DNA from: Heptranchias perlo
Lineage: Eukaryota
DNA length: 64,000 nucleotides
Reading direction: 5' to 3'
NCBI RefSeq assembly: GCF_035084215.1
Contig: NW_027139256.1
Location: forward strand, 62,001 to 126,000
The translations under genes and the position numbers were made by a program. This document shows, piece after piece, positions 36,187 to 48,407 of the stretch (position 1 is the stretch's first letter; each line of letters starts with the position of its first letter). Below the pieces are notes generated by a model. It saw nothing but the letters and a program-made list of their open reading frames with translations. It had not been told where the DNA came from and ran no database searches.

Positions 36187-37043
36187 GAAGCATTCCGAGC
36201 CCGCATGCAGCAAGACCTGGACAACATCCAGGCTTGGGCTGATAAGTGGCAAGTAACATTCGCGCCAGACAAGTGCCAGGCAATGACCATCTCCAACAAG
36301 AGAGAGTCTAACCACCTCCCCTTGACATTCAACGGCATTACCATCACCGAATCCCCCACCATCAACATCCTGGGGGTCACCATTGACCAGAAACTTAACT
36401 GGACCAGACATATAAATACTGTGGCTACAAGAGCAGGTCAGAGGCTGGGTATTCTGCGGCGAGTGACTCACCTCCTGACTCCCCAAAGCCTTTCCACCAT
36501 CTACAAGGCACAAGTCAGGAGTGTGATGGAATACTCTTCACTTGCCTGGATGAGTGCAGCTCCAACAACACTCAAGAAGCTCGACACCATCCAGGACAAA
36601 GCAGCCCGCTTGATTGGCACCCCATCCACCACCCTAAACATTCACTCCCTTCACCACCGGCGCACTGTGGCTGCAGTGTGCACCATCCACAGGATGCACT
36701 GCAGCAACTCGCCAAGGCTTCTTCGACAGCACCTCCCAAACCCGCGACCTCTACCACCTAGAAGGACAAGGGCAGCAGGTACATGGGAACAACACCACCT
36801 GCACGTTCCCCTCCAAGTCACACACCATCCCGACTTGGAAATATATCGGCCGTTCCTTCATCGTCGCTGGGTCAAAATCCTGGAACTCCCTTCCTAACAG
36901 CACTGTGGGAGAACCTTCACCACACGGACTGCAGCGGTTCAAGAAGGCGGCTCACCACCACCTTCTCAAGGGGCAATTAGGGGATGGGCAATAAATGCCG
37001 GCCTCGCCAGTGACGCCCACATCCCATGAACGAATAAAAAAAA
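36187..37043 (+). mobile_element. Young 5'-truncated non-LTR retrotransposon (RT thumb/C-terminus, A tail), preceded by a CR1 3' end at 36038..36183
   Basis: QQDLDNIQAWADKWQVTFAPDKCQ...ILGVTIDQKLNW, ending in gaacgaataaaaaaaa. Confidence 0.9.
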
Positions 37044-37099
37044 TATCAGAATAAACAGGTGTATAAATGCATTCTATGATTCCATAATATGCCCTTTGG

Positions 37100-37570
37100 T
37101 GTAAGTCCCGCCCCACTCACCTCCTATTGGTCTGCAGTGCACGTCGGTCACCCCGTCTCTCCCCATTGGTCCGAACCTCACGTCGACCGCACCCCGGCCC
37201 GGATCACGTGTCCCCCTTGAGGCCGAACCGAATCTGCTCCGCTCGGTGCCCCGGGGACGCTCGCAGTCTCGGGTTTTGCGTTTGCGCTTCATTCGCCGCC
37301 AAATCGGATCCAAGAAAAGTCCGATTCCGACACCAAAACGGACGCCGCAATTTTATCCGCACGGTCCCCCTCCCCCACCCCGCCGGAGCCCAGCGCGCAG
37401 GCGCCCGCGAGGGCCGAGCGCGCGGGAGCGGAGCTGTGATGGGGCGGGTCGGCGCCCTGAGCACGCGTGGGGTGGAGCAGGAGGGAGGGACTCCCATCTG
37501 GCGCTTGCGCATTGTCGGCGCCCGCCGGAGCGCGAGGGTTTGTGGGTGTCGCAGCCGCCATTGCCGTTGA
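37100..37570 (+). promoter_or_regulatory. Divergent module copy P5 plus CpG island, with no ZNF exon of its own
   Basis: gtcccgcccc, two attgg, ctcacgtc, gatcacgtg, gaatctgctccg..cggtgccc occur in the same order as in the other modules. The X-box-like site and the 9-bp inverted repeat are missing. Confidence 0.6.
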
Positions 37571-37672
37571 GCGAAAGCAAAAATACCGCGGACGTTGGCA
37601 ATCTGAAATAAAAACAGAGCGTGCTGGAAATATTTTGCGAGTCAGGCAGCGCGTGCGTGGAGAAAGGAACAG

Positions 37673-37709
37673 AGTTAATGTTTCAGGTCGATGACCTTTC
37701 GTCAGAACT
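37673..37709 (-). ncRNA. Hammerhead motif of Penelope family 2
   Basis: Minus strand reads aguu-CUGACGA-a-agguc/auc/gaccu-GAAA-cauu-aacu. The stem III palindrome appears mutated. Confidence 0.75.
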
Positions 37710-38904
37710 GGAAGATTTAACAGTTTTTTAAGCAACGACAGAGCCAGGGAAAGTTTGGGGGTGGGGTGTGTGGGAGGAAGAAAGGACGAAAGGGAAGATC
37801 TCTGATAGGGCGGAGGGCAGGAGTGTTTAAATGACAAAAGGGATGATGGTGCAAGGCAAGGAGGGCGGGAATGGGACAAGTTAAGAAACAAAAGATGGGT
37901 CTCGAGGAGCAATAAATGGCAACAGCAGAACCATCACCAGCACTTGTTACCTGAAAAAATGGGAGCAGTGGTTATGATCTGAAGTTACTGAAATCAGTGT
38001 TGAGTCTGGAAGGTTGTAAAGTGCCTAAGCAAAAGACGAGGGGCTGATCCTCGAGCTTCCGTTGGAACAGTGTAAGAGGCCGAGGACAGAGAGGTCAGAG
38101 TGGGAGCGGGACGGGGAATTAAAATGGCGAGCGACCGTCAGGTCAGGGTCACGCTTGCGGACAGAGCGGAGGTGTTCGGCGAAGCGGTCACCCAATCTGC
38201 GTTTGGTCTCCCCAGTGTGGAGGAGGCCGCATCGTGAGCAGCGGATACGGTGTACTAAATTGACAGAAGTACAGGTAAACCGCTGTTTCACCTGGTAGGA
38301 GTGTTTGGGGCCCTGGGGCGGTGGGAAGGGAGGAGGTGAAAGGGGCAGGTGTTGCATCTCCTGCGCTCGCACGGGAAGGTGCCGTGGGGAGGAGAGCGGG
38401 TGTTGGAGGTGATGGAAGAGTGGACCAGGGTGTCGGGGAGGGAGCGGTCCCTTCGGAATGCTGGGAGGGGAGGGAAAGATGTGTTTGGCGGTGGCATCGT
38501 GCTGGATGTGGCGGAAATGGCAGAGGATGATTCGCTGAATGTGGAGGCTGGTGGGGTGGAAGGTGAGGATAAAGGGGGGATGCTGTCGTTGTTCTGGGAG
38601 GGAAGGGGTGAGGGCAGAAGTGCAGGTAATGGGATAGGTACGGTTGAGGGTCCTGTCAACTACAGAGGAGGGGAATCCTCGGTTGGGGAGAAAGGAAGAT
38701 ATATCAGAATCACTGGTGTGGAAGATAGCGTCGTCAGAACAGATGAGACGGAGACGGAGAAACTGGGAGAAGGGAATAGAGTGCTTACAGGAAGCAGGGT
38801 GGGAGCAAGTGTAATCAAGGTGTGGGAGTCGGTGGGCTGATAACAGATAGTGGATGACAGCCTATCCCCAGAAATGGAAATAGAGAAGTCGGGGAAGAAG
38901 GGAA

Positions 38905-41900
38905 GGGAAGAGTCAGAGATAGACCATGTGAAGGGGAGGGAGGGAGGGGAAAGAGCGGGAGATGGACCGTGTGAAGGGGAGGGAGGGAGGGGAAGAGTGG
39001 GAGATGGACCGTGTGAAGGGGAGGGAGGGAGGGGAAGAGTGGGAGATGGACCGTGTGAAGGGGAGGGAGGGAGGGGAAGAGTGGGAGATGGACCGTGTGA
39101 AGGGGAGGGAGGGAGGGGAAGAGTGGGAGATGGACCGTGTGAAGGGGAGGGAGGGAGGGGAAGAGTGGGAGATGGACCGTGTGAAGGGGAGGGAGGGGAA
39201 GAGTGGGAGATGGACCGTGTGAAGGGGAGGGAGGGAGGGGAAGAGTGGGAGATGGACCGTGTGAAGGGGAGGGAGGGAGGGGAAGAGTGGGAGATGGACC
39301 GTGTGAAGGGGAGGGAGGGAGGGGAAGAGTGAGAGATGGACCGTGTGAAGGGGAGGGAGGGAGGGGAAGAGTGGGAGATGGACCGTGTGAAGGGGAGGGA
39401 GGGAGGGAAGAGTGGGAGATGGACCGTGTGAAGGGGAGGGAAAGAGGGAAGAGTGGGAGATGGACCGTGTGAAGGGGAGGGAGGGAGGGGAAGAGTGGGA
39501 GATGGACCGTGTGAAGGGGAGGGAGGGAGGGGAAGAGTGGGAGATGGACCGTGTGAAGGGGAGGGAGGGAGGGAGGGGAAGAGTGGGAGATGGACCGTGT
39601 GAAGGGGAGGGAGGGAAGGGAAGAGTGGGAGATGGACCGTGTGAAGGGGAGGGAGGGAGGGGGAAGAGTCAGAGATGGACCGTGTGAAGGGGAGGGAGGG
39701 AGGGGAAGAGTGGGAGATGGACCGTGTGAAGGGGAGGGAGGGAGGGGAAGAGTGGGAGATGGACCGTGTGAAGGGGAGGGAAGGGAAGAGTGGGAGATGG
39801 ACCGTGTGAAGGGGAGGGAGGGAGGGGAAGAGTGGGAGATGGACCATGTGAAGGGGAGGGAGGGGAAGAGTGGGAGATGGACCATGTGAAGGGGAGGGAG
39901 GGAGGGGAAGAGTGGGAGATGGACCATGTGAAGGGGAGGGAGGGAGGGGAAGAGTGGGAGATGGACCATGTGAAGGGGAGGGAGGGAGGGGAAGAGTGGG
40001 AGATGGACCGTGTGAAGGGGAGGGAGGGAGGGGAAGAGTGGGAGATGGACCATGTGAAGGGGAGGGAGGGGGAGAGTGGGAGATGGACCATGTGAAGGGG
40101 AGGGAGGGGGAGAGTGGGAGATGGACCGTGTGAAGGGGAGGGAGGGAGGGGAAGAGTGGGAGATGGACCGTGTGAAGGGGAGGGAGGGAGGGGAAGAGTG
40201 GGAGATGGACCGTGTGAAGGGGAGGGAGGGAGGGGGAGAGGGAGATGGACCGTGTGAAGGGGAGGGAGGGGGAGAGTGGGAGATGGACCGTGTGAAGGGG
40301 AGGGAGGGAGGGGAAAGAGCGGGAGATGGACCGTGTGAAGGGGAGGGAGGGAGGGGAAGAGTGGGAGATGGACCGTGTGAAGGGGAGGGAGGGAGGGGAA
40401 GAGTGGGAGATGGACCGTGTGAAGGGGAGGGAGGGAGGGGAAGATGGACCGTGTGAAGGGGAGGGAGGGAGGGGAAAGAGCGGGAGATGGACCGTGTGAA
40501 GGGGAGGGAGGGAGGGGAAAGAGCGGGAGATGGACCGTGTGAAGGGGAGGGAGGGAGGGGAAGAGCGGGAGATGGACCGTGTGAAGGGGAGGGAGGGAGG
40601 GGAAGAGTGGGAGATGGACCGTGTGAAGGGGAGGGAGGGAGGGGAAGAGCGGGAGATGGACCGTGTGAAGGGGAGGGAGGGAGGGAGGGGAAGAGTGGGA
40701 GATGGACCGAGTGAAGGGGAGGGAGGGAGGGGGAGATGGACCGTGTGAAGGGGAGGGAGGGAGGGGAAGAGCGGGAGATGGACCGTGTGAAGGGGAGGGA
40801 GGGAGGGGAAGAGTGGGAGATGGACCGAGTGAAGGGGAGGGAGGGAGGGGAAGAGTGGGAGATGGACCATGTGAAGGGGAGGGAGGGAGGGGAAGAGTGG
40901 GAGATGGACCGTGTGAAGGGGAGGGAGGGAGGGGAAGAGTGGGAGATGGACCGTGTGAAGGGGAGGGAGGGAGGGGAAGAGTGGGAGATGGACCGTGTGA
41001 AGGGGAGGGAGGGAGGGGAAGAGTGGGAGATGGACCGTGTGAAGGGGAGGAAGGGAGGGGAAGAGCGGGAGATGGACCGTGTGAAGGGGAGGGAGGGAGG
41101 GGAAGAGCGGGAGATGGACCGTGTGAAGGGGAGGGAGGGAGGGGAAAGAGCGGGAGATGGACCATGTGAAGGGGAGGGAGGGAGGGGAAGAGTGGGAGAT
41201 GGACCGTGTGAAGGGGAGGGAGGGAGGGGAAGAGTGGGAGATGGACCGTGTGAAGGGGAGGGAGGGAGGGGGAGAGGGACCGTGTGAAGGGGAGGGAGGG
41301 AGGGGAAAGAGCGGGAGATGGACCGTGTGAAGGGGAGGGAGGGAGGGGAAGAGTGGGAGAATGGACCGTGTGAAGGGGAGGGAGGGAGGGGAAGAGTGGG
41401 AGATGGACCGTGTGAAGGGGAGGGAGGGAGGGGAAGAGTGGGAGATGGACCGTGTGAAGGGGAGGGAGGGAGGGGGAGAGGGACCGTGTGAAGGGGAGGG
41501 AGGGAGGGGAAAGAGCGGGAGATGGACCGTGTGAAGGGGAGGGAGGGAGGGGAAGAGTGGGAGAATGGACCGTGTGAAGGGGAGGGAGGGAGGGGAAGAG
41601 TGGGAGATGGACCGTGTGAAGGGGAGGGAGGGAGGGGAAGAGCGGGAGATGGACCGTGTGAAGGGGAGGGAGGGAGGGGAAAGAGCGGGAGATGGACCAT
41701 GTGAAGGGGAGGGAGGGAGGGGAAGAGCGGGAGATGGACCGTGTGAAGGGGAGGGAGGGAGGGGAAGAGTGGGAGATGGACCGTGTGAAGGGGAGGGAGG
41801 GAGGGGAAGAGTGGGAGATGGACCGTGTGAAGGGGAGGGAGGGAGGGGAAGAGTGGGAGATGGACCGTGTGAAGGGGAGGGAGGGAGGGGAAGAGTGGGA

Positions 41901-42724
41901 GATGGACCGTGTGAAGGGGAGGAAGGGAGGGAAGAGTGGGAGATGGACCGTGTGAAGGGGAGGGAGGGAGGGGAAGAGTGGGAGATGGACCGTGTGAAGG
42001 GGAGGGAGGGAGGGGAAGAGCGGGAGATGGACCGTGTGAAGGGGAGGGAGGGAGGGGAAGAGTGGGAGATGGACCGTGTGAAGGGGAGGGAGGGAGGGGA
42101 AGAGTGGGAGATGGACCGTGTGAAGGGGAGGGAGGGAGGGGGAGAGGGACCGTGTGAAGGGGAGGAAGGGAAGGGAAGAGCGGGAGATGGACCGTGTGAA
42201 GGGGAGGAAGGGAGGGGAAGAGCGGGAGATGGACCGTGTGAAGGGGAGGGAGGGAGGGGAAGAGCGGGAGATGGACCGTGTGAAGGGGAGGGAGGGAGGG
42301 GAAAGAGCGGGAGATGGACCGTGTGAAGGGGAGGGAGGGAGGGGGAGAGTGGGAGATGGACCGTGTGAAGGGGAGGGAGGGAGGGGAAGAGTGGGAGATG
42401 GACCGTGTGAAGGGGAGGGAGGGAGGGGAAAGAGCGGGAGATGGACCGTGTGAAGGGGAGGGAGGGAGGGGAAGAGTGGGAGATGGACCGTGTGAAGGGG
42501 AGGGAGGGAGGGGAAGAGTGGGAGATGGACCGTGTGAAGGGGAGGGAGGGAGGGGAAAGAGCGGGAGATGGACCGTGTGAAGGGGAGGGAGGGAGGGGAA
42601 GAGTGGGAGATGGACCGTGTGAAGGGGAGGGAGGGAGGGGAAGAGTGGGAGATGGACCGTGTGAAGGGGAGGGAGGGAGGGGAAGAGTGGGAGATGGACC
42701 GTGTGAAGGGGAGGGAGGGAGGGG
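38905..42724. repeat. 42-bp purine-rich minisatellite (gagatggaccgtgtgaaggggagggagggaggggaagagtgg), roughly 90 copies
   Basis: Tandem periodicity; lies inside the Penelope RT. Confidence 0.96.
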
Positions 42725-43098
42725 TAGAAATTGGAAGCAAAGTTGATGAAATTTTCCAGTTGGGGGCGAGAGCAGGAAACGGCACCGATACGGTCATCAA
42801 TGTACCAGAAAAAAAGATGAAGAAGGGACCTGAGTGGAACTGGAACAAAGAATGTTCCACGTATCCCACAAAGAGGCAGGCAGGCATGGCATGGACCCAT
42901 ACGGGTTCCCATAGCAACACCTTTTATTTGGAGGAAGCGAGTGGAGTCAAAGGAGAAGTTGTTCAAGGTGAGAACAAGTTCAGTCAGACGGGAGGAGGGT
43001 GGTGGTGGATGGGGACTGGTTGGGCCTTCATTTAATGAAGAAGCGGAGGGCCCGCAGGCCGTCCTGGTGGAGAATGGAGGTGTGGAGGGAGTGGACGT

Positions 43099-43728
43099 CT
43101 ATGGCTTTGGTCCCCGCCACAAACTCCGTTCACTCGCCACCGACGCCATCCCTCTCCCCGGCCACTGTCTGAGGCAGATCCAGACCGTTTGCAACCTCGG
43201 CGTCCTATCTGACCCTGAAACGAGCTTCCGACCCCATCTCCGCTCCATCACCAAGACCGCCTCCTTCCACCTCCCTGACATCGCCCATCTCCGCCTCTGC
43301 CTCTGCTCATCTGCTGCTGAAACCCTCATCCGTTCCTTTGTGACCTCTAGACTGGACTATTCCAATGCTCTCCTGGCCGGCCTCCCATCTCCCACCCTCC
43401 GTAAACTCCAGCTCATCCAAAACTCTGCTGCCCCCGTATCCTAACTCGCGCCAAGTCCGTTCACCCATCACCCCCTGAGCATTGGTTCCCGGTTGAGGAA
43501 CGCCTCGATTTTAAAATTCTCATCCTGGTGTTCAAATCCCTCCATGGCCCTCACCCCCCTCCCTACCGCTGTAACCCCCTCCAGCCCCTACAACCCTCCG
43601 AGATCTCTGCGTTCCTCCAATTCTGGCCTCTTGCGTGTCCCCCGATTTTAATCGCTCCACCATTGGCGGCCGTGCCTTCCGCTGCCCGGGCCCTAAGCTC
43701 TGGAATTCCCTCCCTAAACCTCTCCGCC
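43099..43728 (+). mobile_element. L2 LINE 3' fragment
   Basis: NLGVLSDPE.SFRPH...AETLIRSFVTSRLDYSNALLAGLP...LQLIQNSAA. Confidence 0.9.
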
Positions 43729-44319
43729 TGCAAAACGGTAAGAATATGGTTTAAAACAAGCATAGAAAACCGGAGGGTAAAAGTTCAGCATCTCTGTGAG
43801 AACAAGGCCAGCAGAACGTCAGAGAGAGCACAGAATAGATAACACTAACATCAGAAGGTGGTTTACGCCAAAACATGGGATGTGGTTGCTATGAAACAGA
43901 AATTGGTGGGGCCGAGGAAGGTCAAATAAGCCGGGGTGGGGGGGGCGGGGGGGCTCAGAAGGACGCATTCCTCAGAGGAACATAACAGCTTCTAAACAGA
44001 GATGGAGGTTGAGGTCTTTGGCTACGTTACATGAAACAGCTTATCTTGAGTTGCTAACGAGGCATCAGCACGGTGGGTGGACTTACGACCATGAGATAAG
44101 ACCAGTGGTACTGACGTACAGAACAACGCAGCCGAATAGTATAAAGATCCCTCCCAAAAGTGAGAGCTCTCGAGGAGGGGACGGTCTGAAGTCCATCAGG
44201 TTGTATTGACCGCTTTTCATTTAATGTAGTCAGTAGACAGTTGTACGAGAACTATAATACCGTTGAACGTAATGTTGAAGGCAGCTGCAGTGCAACTCTG
44301 TTGTAAGTCAATCTCTCTG

Positions 44320-44890
44320 AAATACCGCATACAGTTTTGGTCTCCATACTTAAGAAAAGACATACTTGCTCTCGAGGCAGTACAAAGAAGGTTCACTCGG
44401 TTAATCCCGGGGATGAGGGGGCGGACATATGAGGAGAGGTTGAGTAGATTGGGACTCTACTCATTGGAGTTCAGAAGAATGAGAGGCGATCTTATTGAAA
44501 CATATAAGATTGTGAAGGGGCTTGATGGGGTGGATGCGGTTAGGATGTTCCCAAGGATGGGTGAAACTAGAACTAGGGGGCATAATCTTCGAATAAGGGG
44601 CTGCTCTTTCAAAACTGAGATGAGGAGAAACTTCTTCACTCAGAGGGTAGTAGGTCTGTGGAATTTGCTGCCCCAGGAAGCTGTGGAAGCTACATCATTA
44701 AATAAATTTAAAACAGAAATCAACAGTTTCCTAGAAGTAAAGGGAATTAGGGGTTACGGGGAGCGGGCAGGAAATTGGACGTGAATTTAGATTTGAGGTT
44801 AGGATCAGATCAGCCATGATCTTATTGAATGGCGGAGCAGGCTCGAGGGGCCGATTGGCCTACTCCTGCTCCTATTTCTTATGTTCTTAT
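44320..44890 (+). mobile_element. Young CR1 3' fragment (same subfamily as 53913..55525)
   Basis: ORF 44263..44784 is nearly identical to 54112..54846. Confidence 0.92.
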
Positions 44891-45295
44891 CAAACTTGCT
44901 ATTTTATAACCGCTCGGGCTAGAATCAAGTGGAAGCTACTGTCGACGGATTTGCAAACCGCAACTGCGACAGTAACGGGAGATACCCGCCAACGGGCGCT
45001 CCTTAAAACGCACAGAACTGGAATCGCAGAAAGGTTACAGCGCGGAAGGAGGCCGTTCGGCCCATCGAGTCCGCACCGGCTGTATGCAAGAGCAATCCAG
45101 CTAGTCCCCACTCCCCCCCTGCCCCGCCGCCTCTCCGACCTGTCCTGATTATCTCCTCGAGGGGTCAAATTCTGTTCGATAATCGCTCCTGCGAAGCGCC
45201 TTGGGGACATTTTAATACGTCGAAGGCCGCTGCATGAATGCGAGTCGCTGTTTGAATTTACGCTGTCCCAATATAACTTCAAGGAGCTCCTGAAC

Positions 45296-45336
45296 ATTTA
45301 CCTGACGAAGGAGGAAGCCTCCGAAAGCTTGTGAAT
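45296..45336 (+). ncRNA. Hammerhead motif in a short Penelope family 1 terminus (to ~45386)
   Basis: atttac-ctgacga-a-ggagg/aag/cctcc-gaaa-gctt-gtgaat. Confidence 0.85.
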
Positions 45337-45634
45337 TTAAAATAAAATTGCTGGACTATAACTTGGTGTTGTAAAATTGTTTACAACTTCCAAAGGGGCA
45401 AGTTAGCCCTTTCCTTCAAATGTGATGTGCAAATGTCCCCAAAAAGGTTTTGAATTCACAATGTTCCCCCTTCCCTGCAGGAATAATGCAAACCCCAGGG
45501 GAAAGAAACAAATATTTTTTTTACTCCCAATTGTTTCTTTTATCCCACTGAAGCTTTTATTGATGAATCTTTCTGCTTTCATTCATGAATTTAAAAGATC
45601 TATTATTAAAACCTGAGCTAATCAGTGGTGCAAC

Positions 45635-45933
45635 AAACAGCCTTGTGTAAAATAAGGGGAATAAACCCCCAGGGCCTGCAGCAAGTCGTTGCCCTGACGA
45701 CCGAGCCGGCGCAAGTCCCGCCCCTCGGGCGCCCCCCCGATTGGTTGGAGGACCCGCCGCCTGCCCTCGGTCCTCCAGGCGACGCCCCCCTCGCTCCCGA
45801 TTGGTCCGAAGCTCACGTCAATCACCCCCGCGGATCACGTGTCTCTGAGACGGCTCACTCGCTCCGCCGAGGCTGAATCCGCTCCGTCCGGTGCCCGGGG
45901 AACCCTCGCGCTCTCCGGTTTGGCGGGGTTTTT
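45635..45933 (+). promoter_or_regulatory. Conserved promoter-like module P6 (upstream of ZNF-F)
   Basis: Same ordered motifs as P1. Confidence 0.7.
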
Positions 45934-46414
45934 ACTTCATTTATATCCTCCCTCCCCTCCCCTCCCTCCGCTTCAGATAAAACTCACTTTCCGCCGGTGA
46001 CTCGGACTCTCCCAACGGGTTTACCGGCCTGACCCAGAGTGCCCCGCGCGGTCTCCGGGTAACGGCGGCGCAGGCGCAGTAGGCAGCTCATTCTTGGACC
46101 GATTGTGTTTCTCACCCCCCCCGCCCCCACTTCACCTTGAGCATGCGCACACTGAATCCAACAGCGGCGCATGCGCAGTGTCAGGTGGGGGACCTGGGTC
46201 AGGGCATTGAGAGCACGTGGTGAGCACATTGACTGGGCCCATCAATGCAAGATTTGGGTGCAGAGGCACCGCCATCAGGTGGCTGCGACTTTGCGTAGTT
46301 TATTTAGTCCCGTTTCTCGCTGACTAACCGAAAAGAAAGAATCTGCATTTATATAGCGCCTTTCAGGACCACGGGAGGTCCCAAAGCGATTATTATTACA
46401 TAGGCTATTTGCAG

Positions 46415-47722
46415 GATAACCCGTATCCAAGGAAAATCCTGCTTCACTGACTTGATCGAGTTCTCCGAGGAAGTAACGGAGAGGCTCGATGAGGGGGGTG
46501 CGGTGGATGTCGTGTATATGGACTTTCAAATGGTGTTTGATAAAGTGCCACTTGTAATTATGGTCTTGTTGGCGAAATTAAAGCCCGTGGGATTAAAGGG
46601 ACAGTGGCAGCGTGGATACAAAATTGTCTAAGGGTCAGAAAGGAGAGAGTCGTGGTGAACGGTTGTTTTTCAGACTGGAGGGAAGTATACAGTGGTGTTC
46701 CCCAGGGGTCAGTATTAGGACCACTGCTCTTTTTCATATATATTAACCTGGACTTGGGTATAGAGGGTATAATTTCAAAGTTTGCAGATGACACGAATCT
46801 CGGAAATGTAGTAAACAATGTGGAGGATGGTAACAGACTTCAGGAGGACAGAGACATACTGGGAAATGGGCAGACACATGACAGATGGAATTTAACGCAC
46901 TGAAGTGTGAAGTGATTCATTCGGTAGGAAGAATGAGGAGAGGCAATATGAACCAAATGGTACAATTTTAAAAGGGGTGCAGGAACAGAGAGACCTGGGG
47001 GTGTGTGTACACAAATCTCTGAAGGTGGCAGGACAAGTTGAGAAGGCTGTTAAAAAACCATATGGGATCCTGGGCTTTATTAATAGAGGCACAGAGTACA
47101 AAAGCAAGGAAGTTATGCTAAACCTTTACAAAACACTGGTTAGGCCTCAGCTGGAGTATTGTGTACAATCCTGGGCCACACACTTTAGGAAGGATGTGAA
47201 GGCCTTAGAGGCTCCTTAAAACCTACCTCTTTGATCAAGCTTGTGGTCACCTGTCCTTAATACCTCCTGATGTGGCTCGGTGTCAAATTTTGTTTGATAA
47301 TCGCTCTTTGGGATGTTTTACTACGTTAAAGGGTTATATAAATGCAAGTGATGGGTTGATCTCATTGAAACATATAAGATTCTGAGGGGGCTTTTGACAG
47401 GGTAGATGCTGAGAAGCTGTTTCCCCCTGGCTGGAGAGTCTAGTACTAGGGGGCATAGTCTCAGGATAAGGGGTCGGCCATTTAAGACTGAGATGAGGAG
47501 GAATTTCTTCACTCAGAGGGTTGTGAATCTTTGGAATTCTCTGCCCCAGAGGGCTGTGGATGCTCAGTCGTTGAGTATATTCAAGACCGAGATCGATAGA
47601 TTTTTGGACTCGAGGGGAATCAAGGGACATGGGGATCAGGCGGGAAAGTGGAGTTGAGGGTGAAGATCAGCCAAGATCTGATTGAATGGCGGAGCAGGCT
47701 CAGGGGGCCTATTATGTTCTTA
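46415..47722 (+). mobile_element. CR1 RT fragments with a short L2 tail
   Basis: [17 protein letters not shown]...SKFADDT; RPQLEYCVQ. Confidence 0.88.
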
Positions 47723-48154
47723 TGAAACATGGCAGACAATTTGCGCACAGCAACGTTCCACAAACAGGAGATAATCTGTTTCAGCGATGTTGGTTGACCA
47801 CTGACAGTTCACCACCCACCTCTGATGGTTCTACAATCCCAGTATCCACCTCCTGTGTGAAAACTGAGGCCTTATTTGGTATCTCTGCCATTCCCTCACT
47901 CTCCACTGTAGAGTCACCTCTTTCGTCCCTCAGCGGCCCTATCCTGACTCTCCTCTCCCTACGAACGTGCCTTTAGAAAGCCTTTTTATTGTTCTTTGGG
48001 GACAATTAGCAAAAAAAACCACAATCCCTCTAACCCTTTCTAAACTTGTTTTACAGGATATTAGAAGTGGAGGATTTACAGACTGGAAGCTCAAACCTAA
48101 ACACCAAGATCTGACAGAGTCATTCTGTTCATCGGGAACAACATCGGCCCACGA

Positions 48155-48380
48155 TTGGCGGCCGTGCCTTCAGCTGTCTCGGGTCTAAGCTCTGGAATTC
48201 CCTCCCGAAACCTCTCCGCCTCTCTCTCCTCCTTTAAGACACTCCTTAAAACCGACCTCTTTGACCGAGCTTCTAGTCACCTGTTCTAATATCTTCCTCT
48301 CGGCTCTGGGTCAGTTTTTTTTCTCTGATTGCGAGCCTGTGAAGCTCCGCGGAACGTTTTACTACGTTAAAGGCGCTGTT
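48155..48380 (+). mobile_element. L2 3' end inserted in the exon leader of ZNF-F (same insertion in ZNF-G at 58337..58575)
   Basis: ggcggccgtgccttcagc...ctctggaattccctccc lies between the acceptor (48056) and the ATG. Confidence 0.8.
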
Positions 48381-48407
48381 GTGGTTTAACATCACTGGCC
48401 TTTGCAC

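Larger units (their letters stand above)
37575..43098 (-). mobile_element. Penelope-like element, family 2 (RT, GIY-YIG, terminal hammerhead), frameshifted and interrupted by a minisatellite
   Basis: NNFSF..FLQIKGVAMGTRMGP and YIDD (RT); FTCTSVNLV.IRCSRCGLL.TGETKRRLGDRFAEHLRSV (GIY-YIG). Confidence 0.92.

Noticed and set aside
38660-42966. 736-1383 aa Pro/Ser/His-rich ORFs
   Set aside because: These are stop-free readings of the pyrimidine strand of the 42-bp minisatellite within a frameshifted Penelope element.
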